The position numbers were made by a program, and so were the translations under genes. Under the pieces are notes generated by a model that saw nothing but the letters and a program-made list of their open reading frames with translations, had not been told where the DNA came from and searched no databases. A stretch of 61,920 bases of DNA, filler included, from Sphacelaria rigidula (lineage: Eukaryota), in assembly GCA_964200075.2 (NCBI GenBank). It is 10 parts of 10 records of this genome, joined end to end, with 100 filler letters (N's around TTAATTAATTAA, not from the genome) between each part and the next. Parts side by side here need not be neighbours in the genome. Positions count along the whole stretch, not along the records: positions 1 to 6,102 come from CAXNAA020022208.1; positions 6,203 to 12,304 come from CAXNAA020022209.1; 8 more parts are not named here. One strand, 5' to 3'. Shown here piece after piece: positions 1 to 12,404 of this stretch (position 1 is its first letter; every line of letters starts with the position of its first letter).

Positions 1-173
1 CGTGTACACCGCATTCGTTGGGTGCACCTAGCCCGCACTGCCCAACTCCTCCTGCGGAGTGTTGGGGGGAAATACCTTCGTTTTGTGTTACTGTTTTGTA
101 TTTTCCCAACGGAAGCGATTTGCGGGTTGAACCTCATTTTATAGTTCAACCCGAAATATTAGGATCGACTGTT
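1..173 (+). mobile_element. Right end of an AACA...TGTT-type LTR/TIR-like repeat
   Basis: Reverse-complement similarity to 57009-57181 (CGTGTACACCGCATTCGTT.GGTGCACC...). Ends GGATCGACTGTT, followed by TA then TGG (possible PBS start). Confidence 0.6.
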
Positions 174-504
174 TATGGTTGTTGCCAATTTTAATCCTAT
201 TGATATGACGTCCGCATATATATGTCGCGCTTACACGATTCAGATGCCTAGCTCTATGGTTTGAGGAAATATAATCGCGTTATCGTTTGAACGCCATGTG
301 TTGCACATATACAATAAAGACTGCGATTGCCTAATAATAGACAACCCAGAAAGAGATGAAAAAACAAAAAACTGCGACACAAATATTCGCCGAAACAAAG
401 ACACGCCTGAGGAAAAAGCGCCGCGCGGTAAGCTGCAATATTTATTGTCCTTGCTTACGCTTTCACTGATCGGACGCCTACGCTGTAAGGAAAACTAACC
501 GTGT

Positions 505-1110
505 TACCGCTTCAACGTGAGTGTGTTGCACATGTACAGTCATATATGGTCCAAAGAAAACTCCAGCCTGAAGGAAACATCCACGCTTTTCTTGCCCTTT
601 GGTGTCTTTAGCGCGTTCATTGTGTATGCATGTAAGTGAGATTCAAGTTTCCGTTTTTCAGAAACAACGCTTCAGAGCCACCACCAGGGCTTCGCCTATG
701 GCCAGTTACGTGCATGTCTAGGCACTGATAGCTTGGGTCAACGTGGCTTCTTGCGCTCGTCTGAGGTTAGCGGTGATGGAAAATCATTGCGCTACCTGAT
801 CAACCTCACGTTATTATGTTTTTTGCATAATGCAGCCACATATATACAGCGACATGGTGCAAAGGAAACTCCAGCCCGAAGGAAGCAGAGACGCTCTTCT
901 TGTGTTCTGGTGTCTCCTGTGTACATCGCGTATGCTTGTGAAGAATCAAATTTCTGTTTTTCAGAACCAAAGTGTCAGAGCCACAATCAGGGCTCCGCGT
1001 ACTGCCTATTACGCGCATACTTTCAGGCACTGACAGCTGGGGTCGAAGGTCGAATCTCGCCCTCGTCGAAGGTGAACGGTGATAGGAAAACATTGCACTA
1101 TCTCATCAAG
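505..1110 (+). repeat. Diverged tandem duplication, ~305-bp unit
   Basis: AAACTCCAGCC.GAAGGAA, TTTTTCAGAA.CAA, CAGAGCCAC and GGCACTGA.AGCT recur ~305 bp apart. Confidence 0.8.
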
Positions 1111-1339
1111 CTTTCGAAAATGAAAAACGTCGCAGGGTGACGTGGAGCTGAAGGGGTTTGTGAAGTTTACTGTTTTGAGAGTAGTTCTAATTGTCCTGCT
1201 TGCACGGGAGCGTTCACACGTAATCTTGGGTAGACATAAATCTTAGTTCGACATATAACTGTACGAAGCTACGAAAATGATGAGAGATGACTGTACTACA
1301 GTAGTTTGTTTGCTACATCATCTGCGGGTTGTAAATAAA

Positions 1340-2379
1340 AAAAAAATGCTCGTAGATCGCAAGCGCGCTGCACTATCCTTCGACAGCCCACCCCGGAACC
1401 AGTTTACCCCACTGCCACGACGGAAGTGACCATACAAGGCGTGATAGCTGGTTCGGGCTGGATGAAGTGCCTCTCATGGGCGCTAGTGGCGAAACAACCC
1501 CAAGTGTGGGACTAACCCTAACTTTCATTGCGTCTGTGCAGCGTTCTGTTTAGGCACCCGTTTTATCCAACTGACTGTATTTTCCCCCGAGCAGCTCCCT
1601 AGGGAGCTTAGTATCATCACGTCTGATAATAAGTGGAAGGACTGCTCGACGAGTGGCTTCTTTTTACTGTGTATTCTTGGTCACAAACACAGGGGGTCTG
1701 ATGCCACGAGCAACTACGTGCGTCATGATGTTGTACTCTGGTAATAGTGTATCTCAGCAGACTGCTGGATGATGCTGCGTTTCAAAGATCGCTGGCGTCT
1801 GTCGCCGTGTTGAATCGTTTCGCTGACGGCGGTCGTCGCCGGCGGCAACAACATGAAGTCTCTCGCAGATGCTAAACAAGAGGCGCTCGAAAACTCGATG
1901 ACTAGTTCAAAGAAGTTTGTCTTCAGCATGCTTGCTTTCGATCAGCTACACGCTTAGATATACCCACCACGTCACGAGCTGTAGACGTTACAGGAGGTGC
2001 GGTAGCTCACGTTCGTGTGGGCGGAGCAGGCGAGTACCTCGCTGCTACATTTTCCCTGCCCTCCACTTCGAAAATATACATGTACGCAATTGACCAGCAC
2101 CGTACTTGCGTCAGCGGCAGTGGCGCGACGGGGACATCGCCCTGTCACGTGGTCTGTAGCGATTAGAGGCACGTCCTGTTCAAGAAACGCCGCAGCCTGA
2201 CGGTGGCTTTTCTTTCGAACTGCTCATCATGCTCGGACTGCCGTATGGAAGCTTCCGGCACGAATGCCATGGCCGACACTGCTTGCGTATCCCGAGCCTA
2301 TTGGACAAAATGAATGAAATTTCGATGACGACTTCAACCTCTCCCAAATGTTGAACCTCAAAATCGGATCCGGGCTGTT
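1340..2379 (+). mobile_element. Diverged, interrupted copy of one arm of the 4279-5964 fold-back element
   Basis: Blocks match 5380-5840 directly; the end GGATCCGGGCTGTT matches the reverse complement of 4279-4292. Confidence 0.75.
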
Positions 2380-3762
2380 TAATGAGGCGTTGCTCATATT
2401 GGAGAACCGTCACATACGCGATGTATAAACAGGACAAACCTTGCTCCTCCATGTAACTTGAAGCATATATATCTCGACGCCGGCTGTACCCGACGAGTAG
2501 ACGTAAGGCCCATAACTAGACCGAATCCCCCGACACTTACTCATCGTGCCCTTGGAGTAACTTGTGTGGAGCGCTTCAATTGTGTTGGTATTCACAACAA
2601 TCTTCTTCAAACGTTCGAGACAACGACGTCAAACAACTGGAAAGGCTATCGACGAAGATTCATTATGGAAAACTGTAACTTAATCGAGACGAATTTGAAG
2701 GAGACGGCCAATGCTAGCAACAAGTCTAGACCCCCACAGGAACGCAGTCGACAGGCATGTTGTAAGGCCCACTACTATCGAAAACATTTTTTTTGCAGAA
2801 ATTCTGAACTCTTGGAGATCTCCAACCTGCCCAGAGGGTGGCGTTCACATCGAGTTTTGCGGTTGCCGTTAGATCTCTCATTACAGACGCAGTGCTGATC
2901 TCGTCGTTGGCTCGCCTTTGCCGGCCTGAAGATGCCACTCACACCAACCCACGGCGCTTCCTACTTCCCGACATCGCTCATGGTGTCACTGGGAAGATCC
3001 CTGATGACTCTCGAACGCGTGCGAGCACCACGGCTAACAGACAGGGCAGCTCTACCATTCGCTGTAGTAGGGTGAGAGTTGTTCGGACTACGCCACAAAC
3101 TAAACTTCGGATAAAGTAGCCGCTTCATTCACGGAGAAGTCTGAATGCAGAGTCCGAAATGTGCAAACATTCTGGATATCTTCGAAACCCAGTGTCAATG
3201 ATGACGGGCCCTATCCTCGAATAGATTTAGTATCCTGTAGTATACCTAATATAAGCGCACTCGCTGGTTGAGAAGGTTGGTGGGTAAGGCAAATTCTCGA
3301 CTAGTACATGATTAACTTCGGCGAGACCCGCGACGAACAAGTCGCGTCCGGGTGAAGCAGTGCGGCAGACCAGGTCTGGGCGGCAGCGGGGCGGTGGTAG
3401 TGAGCGCCGAATGTCTGTGCCTAGTACCACAACAGTGCACAGTATCATATAAATCCACCGGCTTATACGAAATCTGCTGGTGATGGCACCAATATTCACC
3501 TGCTGAACTCGATCAGTAGCAGGGAGCAGTACTCACCACTCGAAATGGGCGCTAATATCCCCCTCCGGCGCAGTGAGTCAGCTTGTAGCTGTACGCGACA
3601 ATGGGCTACCCTACCGAGTACTGTACGATACCGTATTTCGTCAAGAAAAATCGGCTGTGAGCTTCACACCAGGTTTGTGACTTGTTCAGTAATATTTCTT
3701 CTCTCGCTATCTTCTCACCACCTTCCCTTGTCCCTTCACCGTCAAACCCCATCCGCACGCAG

Positions 3763-3829
3763 CGAGTGGAGACTTGGGTACGCAGCATGCAGTGGCGACC
3801 AGCAAAGCCCGATCAACCTTTCCCTTGCC
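3763..3829 (+). CDS. Probable alpha-carbonic anhydrase N-terminal exon (3' boundary uncertain)
   Basis: A pyrimidine tract and CAG acceptor precede EWRLGYAACSGDQQSPINLS, matching the alpha-CA W-x5-C-x-G-x2-QSPI[ND][IL] motif. No other exons found. Confidence 0.55.
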
Positions 3830-4137
3830 GTACAAGAAGCTGAAGCGGGCAGTTACACAGTAGTACCCTAGTAGGGCGTTTTCACGCACCGTGGGGGGTC
3901 CCATGTAGTGTGGAGGGTCGTCAGCCTAGCACAGCCGTATTAGCTGGGATCCGTACAATACTACTATGTTTCAAATAGCTGACGCTGGTATAGCGGATCG
4001 GACTTGTGGCAGATAAATTCGACCTCACTCTGGGTGAGACCCCGCTCTGTATAGCAGTATGTGCTCGAATCTCGATATCTAGGAATCATATTTCGGTGGC
4101 ATAGCTAACGTCTGAGCGGGATGTACTGTGTGCTTTT

Positions 4138-4278
4138 AATAGCCGATTATCGAAATTGAGGATTGAGATTTTCGTTGACGATGAATACCCGGAAATTTAA
4201 AATACTCATTTTGACACCAACTTTTCGAAATATGGTTGCACTTCTCCACCTGCCGGTAGCTATTGACAGCTACTACAC
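4138..4278 (+). mobile_element. Left arm of an AACA-type fold-back element, interrupted by the 4279 element
   Basis: Colinear with 31155-31290 (AATAGCCGATTATCGAAATTGAGG...TTGACAGCTACT). Confidence 0.7.
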
Positions 4279-5964
4279 AACAGCCTGGATTCGTTTTTGA
4301 GGTTCAACATTTAATTGAGGTTCGACGGACCATCGAAATTTCATTTACGTTGTTCAAAAGGCTTGGGATTCGCAACCGCTTTCGACCATGTGCCCCTAAC
4401 GCAGAAGTTTCTGCGCGGCAGCGAAAGCATGGTGGTGAGGAGTCCAACAGAAAGGTCACCGTCGTTGATTGTGCCGCATCTTTTGAGAAACCCCTCCCTG
4501 AGTCTAAGCGCTACGGAACACGTAACAAAGCATGCTGGAAACATACTTATTTGGACTAGTCATCGAGTTTTCGAGCGCCTCTTGTTGAGTATCTGAGAAA
4601 GATTTCATACTGTTGCGCCGGCGACGACCGCCGTCAGCGAAACGATCCAATGCGGCGGCAGATGCCAACGATCTTTGAAACGCATCATCATTCAGCAGTC
4701 TGCTGAGATACACCGGTGCCCCACAATAAAGCTGCAGACACACTCAACGGGGGTATGGGTTAGCCGCACGCCTGGGTTGTTTCGCCAGTAGTATGCCCAT
4801 GCAAGGCGCTTAATCCAGTCTGAACCAGCCATCACGCCTTGTATGGCCACCTCCGCCGTGGCTGTGTTGAGAACCGGTTCCGCGGTGGGCTGTGTTGCAT
4901 GATACGTAGTCTACTGTAGTGCAACGCGCTCGAACAATTCTTTTTGATTCAGAAGCCGCGGTAGCTGTAGTTTGAATATCCCTTCTGACGGTCCCAGACA
5001 GGATCTGATGCAGCGACGGAAAGCGCTGGCACCTTCCCCCTCATATGGGATTTGAGACAACCTCAGGGTTAGGATTGGACCCCAGGGGGAGTCCGGAAAT
5101 AACGGGTTGTTTTCTTGGGAAGCAGTCGTTCATTGTAACAGGTGTAAAGTGTTCAAGCAAGGAAATTTCGATTTTCAACTGGGGAAGATGTACTACGGTA
5201 CCCCCGAAAACAATTCTACATGTTTAATTCTGAGCGATGTTCACCAACCACCCCCACAGTTGTCACGAATCCCATCTGAGGGGGAAGGTGCCAGCGCTTT
5301 CCGTCGCTGCATCAGATCCTGTCTGGGACCGTCAGAAGGGATATTCAAACTACAGCTGCCGCGGCTTCTGCATTAAAAAAACAAATTTCAAGCGCGTTGC
5401 ACTACAGTAGACTACGTATTGTTCAATAGCCCACCGCGAAACCGGCTCTTAGCACAGCCACAGCGGAGGTAGCCATACAAGGCGTGATGGCTGGTTCAGA
5501 CTGGATTAAGCGCCTCGCATGGGCATACTACTGGCGAAACAACCCCAGGCGTGGGGCTAACCCTTACCCCCGCTGTGTGTGTCTGCAGCTTTATTGTGGG
5601 GCATCCATTTGATCCAAGACCACTGTACGGTAGTGATGCTGTACTCTGGTGATGGTATATCTCAGCAGACTGCTGAATGATGATGCGTTTCGAAGATCGT
5701 TGGCATCTGCCGCCGCATTGGATCGTTTCGCTGACGGCGGTCGTCGCCGGCGCAACAGTATGAAATCTTTCTCGGATACTCAACAAGAGGCGCTCGGAAA
5801 TTCGATGACTAGTCCGAATAAGTATGTTTCCAGCATGCTTTGTTACGTGTTCTGTAGCGCTCAGACGCAGGGAGGGGTTTCTCAAAAGATGCGGCACAAT
5901 GAATGACGGTGACTCTTCTGTTGGGCTCCTCACCATCATGCTTTCGCGGCCGCGCAGAAACTTC
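4279..5964. mobile_element. Large fold-back element: ~650-bp inverted arms (4404-5052 / 5268-5964) around a ~215-bp spacer; starts AACAGCC
   Basis: Arms read as reverse complements, e.g. GACGGTCCCAGACAGGATCTGATGCAGCGACGGAAAGCGCTGGCACC. The right arm is cut by a hAT MITE at 5965. Confidence 0.9.
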
Positions 5965-6102
5965 CAAGGGTCGGACAAATAATGATTCATCCGGAAATTA
6001 CTTGGTTTTGGTGTAATGAGTCGACTCGTGACGAATCAATCCCTAGGGTTTATTTCAGCGTTGCAACCCAGGTACGCGCAGCCCAGACACGTGGAATGGC
6101 GC
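5965..6102 (+). mobile_element. hAT-like MITE, left part (runs off the contig)
   Basis: CAAGGGTCGGAC...AAATTACTTG matches 47995 onward. Confidence 0.75.
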
Positions 6103-6213
6103 NNNNNNNNNNNNNNNNNNNNNNNNNNNNNNNNNNNNNNNNNNNNTTAATTAATTAANNNNNNNNNNNNNNNNNNNNNNNNNNNNNNNNNNNNNNNNNN
6201 NNGGGCGGTGGGT

Positions 6214-6248
<35 letters not shown>

Positions 6249-7238
6249 CGCGTACGTGCCCAAAAAGCGGCCTTCACGACGCAGTTGGACATCCGTGCGC
6301 GTGGTACACATCGCTCGTCTTACAAGAAGCATCTTATGTATTTTCACCCGACCTTCAGGGATTCGACTCAAACCGAGGGCATCGTACTCAGGAGATCAGC
6401 AACTCTGGCTTGGACTATATTTTGTTCAAGAATACCGGTAGGGGGTGTCAGAAGTTGATGTGTGGCTGTGGCTTAGGTTCGTGTCATATCTCTGCGCGCG
6501 TCGTCTTGTGGTAACTACGTTATATTCCTTCCGCGGTGCCATTTTCCGCTGTCTGAGTAATGCCACATAACCGAGTTAACTCACGAGTTGTCCGACGTGT
6601 GCTTGTTTTCAAGCAATGGGCTCGTAGCACCTGAAATAGCATGGTTGAACAGCCAAGTTGAGATTTTGCGTCGGTCTAGCTTGTGTGTGTGCATCGTCAG
6701 CAGCAAACAGGATGGCAGCGCCCTGTACGCCTTCGTATCCTGCTAGCGTTGCCGGTGACACTTGTAGGAGCGGAGATGCATGCACGATCGCAGAGCAGCT
6801 AGTGGTGGTATGTAAATACTGTAGGGAGAGGGGATGAGCTATGCGCGCGGCAATACACTAGCTTTGCGGGCATGGCCCCCCTAACTTACGTGAAGGCGTT
6901 TTTTCTCCAGCCAAAACAATTCCACACGTCGGACAGATCAGCTCCCTGTAGCTCGAGCTAGCTCTTCCTTAGCGTAGCTCACTAGTGAGCTATGAGAGCA
7001 ACATGAGCTACGCAGGTTCGCCCCAGATGAGCTACCAACCCGTAGCTCATCTGTGCATATCCGCCATGGGTGAGCTATGAGAGCGGCATGATCTACGCAT
7101 GTTTGTCTTGGATGGGCTATGAGAGCTACATGATCTACCCATGTTTGCTCTGGTTGAGCTAAAGAGCTGCGAGAGCTACGCCGATTTTGGAGTTGTTTGT
7201 GTTCCGATGCTTATGGATGTTGATACGTGAAAAGGGTT

Positions 7239-8362
7239 CATACGTCGGACGAGCACGAGTGTGACTCGTGGCACTCGCACTCGTTGGGCTGCTCGTTCGC
7301 CGTAAAAAATTGTAGGGCGAGCACTCGAGTCATTGCTCGTTGTTGAAAAAAATAACCCCCTTGGGACCGGGCCTCCAGAACGACCAGTGAGGCTGGTTAG
7401 GAATGACGTGTCTGGCGTCTGCACGACACAGTGACATGTTGCTGAAAATTCGCGTATGTAACCGCAAGGTTATCACGAAGACCGAAAGTTTCATTGAAGC
7501 TTTTTTCATGTGCAGGGTGCGCATCAGGTGATGTACATCTGATGTAGCATGCAGTACGTGTCGCCGTACAATAGAGAGCTTTCAACGGGATGCGGCGACC
7601 GGCGGGCCGCCCGCCACTTCTGGCTTTGGATGATGTTATTATCCCCTTCACCTTTCCACACAGCCGTTTGTGGTCGGGGTGGGCCGCCATTTCCCTCCTT
7701 GTTGCAAGCGGCAAATTATCTTGGAAGGATGTGGGCGTTGCGGTGCACATACATACAACAGTACAAAACAGTGCAGTGCGCCTCTCCAAATGCAGCAGCT
7801 GCTGCCGCTGCATACTCCCTTGCACGTTCTGGGCAGTTCTCAGCGACGGAGATCAGCTGCCTTTACACAGCTTGTTCATCCTCGTCCACTACATACATGT
7901 TCACAGTGTGCTGCAAGTCATCGGCAGAGGGATGAGCAGAATTCATGACGGTAGCTCATTTTGTCTTTCAACGACCCACCTGGGTTTGGTGCCTCGTGAA
8001 AATGACCACATTGTGGCATGTACACCCCTTCCCAGTTTTGCCCACTCCATGCACCCTGTGTTGGTGTAACTACGACGTTTGAGTTTAGTCTGGCGACCCA
8101 AAAAAACTCCTGGGAAATCCCGGGTACGCTATACTGAATGCACGTAATACAATGGGCCATGCTCTGAGCATCCTGGCTTTGGAAACTTGGGAAGACCTCA
8201 TACGTCGGACGAGCACGATTGTGACTCGTGGCACTCGCACTCGAGTCATTGCTCGTTGTGGAAAAAAACAAAAGAGCGAGCACTCGAGTCATGCTCGTTG
8301 TGTTTTGGAAAAATACCCACGAGTGCACTCGTCTAAACGAGTAATGACTCGTCCGACCTGTG
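7239..8362 (+). mobile_element. Nested composite hAT element with two left ends and ~850 bp of cargo
   Basis: TIRs CATACGTCGGACGAG / CTCGTCCGACCTGTG; perfect 8-bp TSD AAAGGGTT (7231-7238, 8363-8370); second left end at 8199; the uninterrupted site is visible at 54700-54790. Confidence 0.9.
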
Positions 8363-8622
8363 AAAGGGTTGCATGTGTACACACCTGTGTTCCGTTTCGT
8401 GTAGCGATGGATTTGCTTCTTGTAAATATCATCATAACCGCATCAGAAGCCATCCGCACTGTAGCCACCACACACACACACAACCCGCGCTACATGGCGG
8501 CCGCCGGGGGCAGCAGCTCTAGCAGCGCTTTAGTCGGAAGTGATGCCGTGGATCTGGATCCTCCGCAACAGGCGATCGATGTGGAGGAAGAAGTGAACAC
8601 ACGTACATATTTGATTGCTTAA

Positions 8623-8840
8623 CCCTTTGACCGCGAGGGTAGGCGATCTGTTGAATCGGTATCATTCACACCCGAAACATAATACCAGGTAAGAACTATG
8701 CCGATTTAACAAATCGCCAACCCTCGAGTCAAAGGGTTGGCCGTTTGACCGCGAGCAGACCTCGTGTGTTAAATCGGCTTCAATTTCACTCGAAAAAAGT
8801 ATGCATGACCAGATGGACTCATACACTCGCGGCCAAGCGG
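8623..8840. mobile_element. Two adjacent piggyBac-like MITEs (8623-8736 and 8741-8840)
   Basis: TTAA|CCCTTTGACCGCGAG...CTCGAGTCAAAGGG|TTGG|CCGTTTGACCGCGAG...CTCGCGGCCAAGCGG|TCAA. The first has a ~40-bp TIR; target sites are degenerate TTAA. Confidence 0.65.
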
Positions 8841-11409
8841 TCAAGAAATATGAATTGGTCGATCATCAAGGACACATAATCATGTTCTGAACCATCCGAC
8901 CATGCGAACGAGGATTTGTGGTGACTTATTTTCTTCCCACCGCGAAGAGCGAAGCAGAACACCACAACCTAATGACATGTTACGCCATCCGTTCGACCAA
9001 CAGTGTAACATCATGAGCGACACCGGGTTTACCAGCGGCGAGCTAGGCACATGACGTGAGTGAGCTACCGAGCGTAGCTCATCCACTCATGTTTTCCCCG
9101 GGTGAGCTTTAAGAGCTGCGTGAGCTACAAGTGTTTGCCTTCGGTGAGCTACCGGACGTAGCTCATCCGCGCATGTTTTTCCCGGGTGAACTATGAGAGC
9201 TACATGCGCTACACACGTTGACCCTAGGTGAGCTATGAGAGCTACATGAGTTACGTACGTTTGTCCTGAGTGAGCTACCAACCCACAGCCGATCAGCTCA
9301 TATTCTCCCTGGGTGAGCTATCGGACGTAGTTTGCATGTACATGTTTGACTACAACTGAGCTACAGCCGGGAGATGAGCTTGCTCATGAGCTTTCCGACG
9401 TGTAAATAATTCCGAAACCATGAATGGGGGGAAAAGAAAGAGGCCTGCTGGCCGATGGGCACCAAAGAGGTTAGAGGTTAACCCTGACTTCGAACTGCGA
9501 AGTCTTCGAGTGTTCAGAGGTACAACGGAGCTAAACAAGAAGCCAAAAAACACTATTAAACTGTTCCGATATTACACACTCTGTACTCCCCCACGACTTC
9601 TGACTGTCGTATATGTAGTTGCTGCTGTACACCATCACGAGATCTTGCATAGTGAACAGACTGGCAAGCAGAGATGTGCACTGTCGGATCTCAGTGTACG
9701 AATACCCGCACGCACGTGCTTACTTTGTATTCGTAGACCTGCAACGCGTGTTTCCCTTCAACATTAAGGACAGCACGCAAAACCAGGTTATGAAATTCGG
9801 ACCGCCAGGTGCCGCAGCCGGGTGCCAAGCACTACCATCATGAGTGTATACGTGCTGCACAGAGTCAACATCAAGTAGGAGATATTACGCGATTTCTAAT
9901 GCCAATGACACTGCTGCAGCACCATGCAGTGCAGTAGAGCTCGGTATCATACGGTACGAGTCTGCTCCTGGCTCGTTCCGTTTCGGACTCTTGAGAACTC
10001 CTGTTTTGAAAAACCTCGACCCTCATCATGGCGGAACACAACAACTTTGTGTTTGGGGGAGTTCATCTTCAACAATAGAGACAGCCGACGAAAGCGAAGC
10101 ACAAATCACTCGAGACTCACCCCATACCGGACATCATGTTGCACTCCTAATGGTCAGTTTGCCCACTTTGTTTTCGCACAGATTGCCAAACTCGACCAAC
10201 CCCGTATTATATCATACTTTTAGTTTTTCATCACCACATTAGCTTCCACAAAGCAGGCCGACCGCTATCGGGCCGCTAAACACACCGCCCATTGAGGAGC
10301 CGCCCGCCAAGAGCAACTTCCCATCTGCGTTTTCAGCAAGTCTCCTCTTGTTTAATAGGCCAAACTACATCATGCTCCATCTTTCATAATGCTAAGCAAA
10401 TATATCAAGCCAAACATGAAAGAAACGTACCCATATTTACGATTGACAAGATCGTGTTCGACCTTGCAGATTGTAGAGTACATAGGAACAGTACATACGA
10501 ATCTTCCAAAACGTTCTCGAGCATTTGCGCCGCATTTTTAGTTCCTGTTCGACAATGTCGAAAAGCAACTGCAGCAACCCCTCACGAACCTCACGAACAA
10601 ACTACAAACAGTATCCCCGACTAACGACGATATCCCACGGTGGAGAGAGAGCCGCGACCTTCATCCACTGCACTCTCGTCGACGGCAAGCAATCGGTGCC
10701 ACGGATCAGAGCACCGCACTGCAATGGGCACGTGCTCGTCGAAAGTGCGAGACAGCACAGTCGCAAATAGTGGTGGCGTCGCGGATGAGACGCCGACACC
10801 GAAGAAAGCGGCCGCGGCGGTGGTCGTGAAACCTGGCATTGCAGGCATGTATAATATCAACGTCCTCAATTGTGTTATTGTAGGTGTTATTGTACAGTAG
10901 CGCAGTGTTGATATCGGTGCACATTTATTTGTACTGCACGAGAGATCAGATGCTCGGGGACAGGTTGACTGAGAAAAGTCACGTCGAGCACAGAGACGAC
11001 TGCTGAGTGGCGGTCTTCTCCCAAGGCAGCAAGTCGCATACCTGAAGAAAAACGACGTACACACTATGATACGTTCGAAGTATCGTCGTGATTTTGAACA
11101 GAGGAAATGATCGAGCCATACGTGATTCATGTATGCTGATGCTTTTGCATAGTCTAAAGTAGATTAATGGGTGTTCGATCGTATCTCAGGATGAAAATTA
11201 ACGCCAGCTCGAAGACCAACCTATAGTGCCAGTGGAGGACACATGGGCTGCTCCCGACTGTGACATGGGATTGTTCGTGACTCTATCCGTGCTGTCCCTG
11301 GATACTAGAGGGTACAATGTAGCGGTTGCTCAGCGAAAGAGAATCGTGGGTCATTCAGAAGCATAGTGCGGGGGGATTAAGCTGGCGTGTATTGTGGGAA
11401 ACAAGCTAA

Positions 11410-12132
11410 AAGAAAGGATCCTGTAAAATGAGGTTGACCACACAGATAGCGTTGAAGTCGCCTTCCGAAAAGTCGCATTTAATGTGAAACAGCTTTGCAA
11501 AAGCAATCACCTGAGGGTTTTATTTGTCTGTTGAAACTCTCCCTAGCTTGCCTTCTCGCGCATTGTTGCTCCGATGCCTATAGCGATGTATATCTCCTTC
11601 CTTACGTTCGAAACGGCTCTCACCAGGTGAGGGAACCCCCGTTTCATCGGATTCCCTCATGGTGAACGAAAATGGTGCCTTAGTTTTAATCGCGTCGCGG
11701 GAAAATTCACAAGGAGCAGGGAATTCCCACCTAGGAAATTTCCTTTTTTTGACACCTATGTGTTTCCAGCAACGAGAATTATTTCCCGAAACACCAACGG
11801 CGGCACTTCATCTCTCATGAAAGTATTCCCTATTTTATCATTTCGAGGAGAAAATTGATGAAACTCGAAGGAAGCCGACGATGATAGTATCCTCCTCTCA
11901 CCTGGTGAAAGCCGTCTTGATTGTGCGAAGAAGGAGATACATATGGCCATAGACACCGGAGCAACAATTCGCGACAAGGCAAGCCAGGGGAATTTCTACA
12001 AACAAACAAAAAAAGTCGATTGCTTGTTTCCCCCAAACTGTTTCACGTAAAATGTGACTTGTCGGAAAGGCGACTTCAACCCCAATTTGAATGTTCAACC
12101 TGGCTCAACTTCATTTTTCAGGATCCTTTGTT
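11410..12132. mobile_element. AACA...TGTT-type fold-back element, ~230-bp TIRs, 4-bp TSD
   Basis: Ends AAGAAAGGATCCTG / CAGGATCCTTTGTT; CTAA on both sides (11406-11409, 12133-12136). Confidence 0.88.
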
Positions 12133-12404
12133 CTAAGACCGGATGTGATGGCAAACAGATTTTTTGCCCACGGATTGTTCACTTTTGGGACGTTTGACCC
12201 ACCTTTTGACCCTCAAACAGGGAAAATCGCCAACACACGTCTCGGGCACTTTGCATCACCCCACCGAGAGGAGTCTAGTCTGCTTTTCAGATTCGCTTGG
12301 CTCCNNNNNNNNNNNNNNNNNNNNNNNNNNNNNNNNNNNNNNNNNNNNTTAATTAATTAANNNNNNNNNNNNNNNNNNNNNNNNNNNNNNNNNNNNNNNN
12401 NNNN

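Larger units (their letters stand above)
6923..9404 (+). mobile_element. Non-autonomous hAT element; deletion derivative of the 49617-55351 family
   Basis: TIRs CACACGTCGGA / TCCGACGTGTA; 8-bp TSD AACAATTC / AATAATTC; GAGCTA subterminal arrays at both ends; retains a transposase exon-1 homologue (8494-8592, MAAAGGSSSS...QQAIDVE). Confidence 0.9.

Noticed and set aside
6147..6158. TTAATTAATTAA recurring every 6,202 bp
   Set aside because: Artificial contig linker; the periodicity and any apparent gene neighbourhoods across it are not biological.
10621..10850. GC-rich exon-like segment
   Set aside because: No frame gives a recognisable protein and the splice boundaries are ambiguous.
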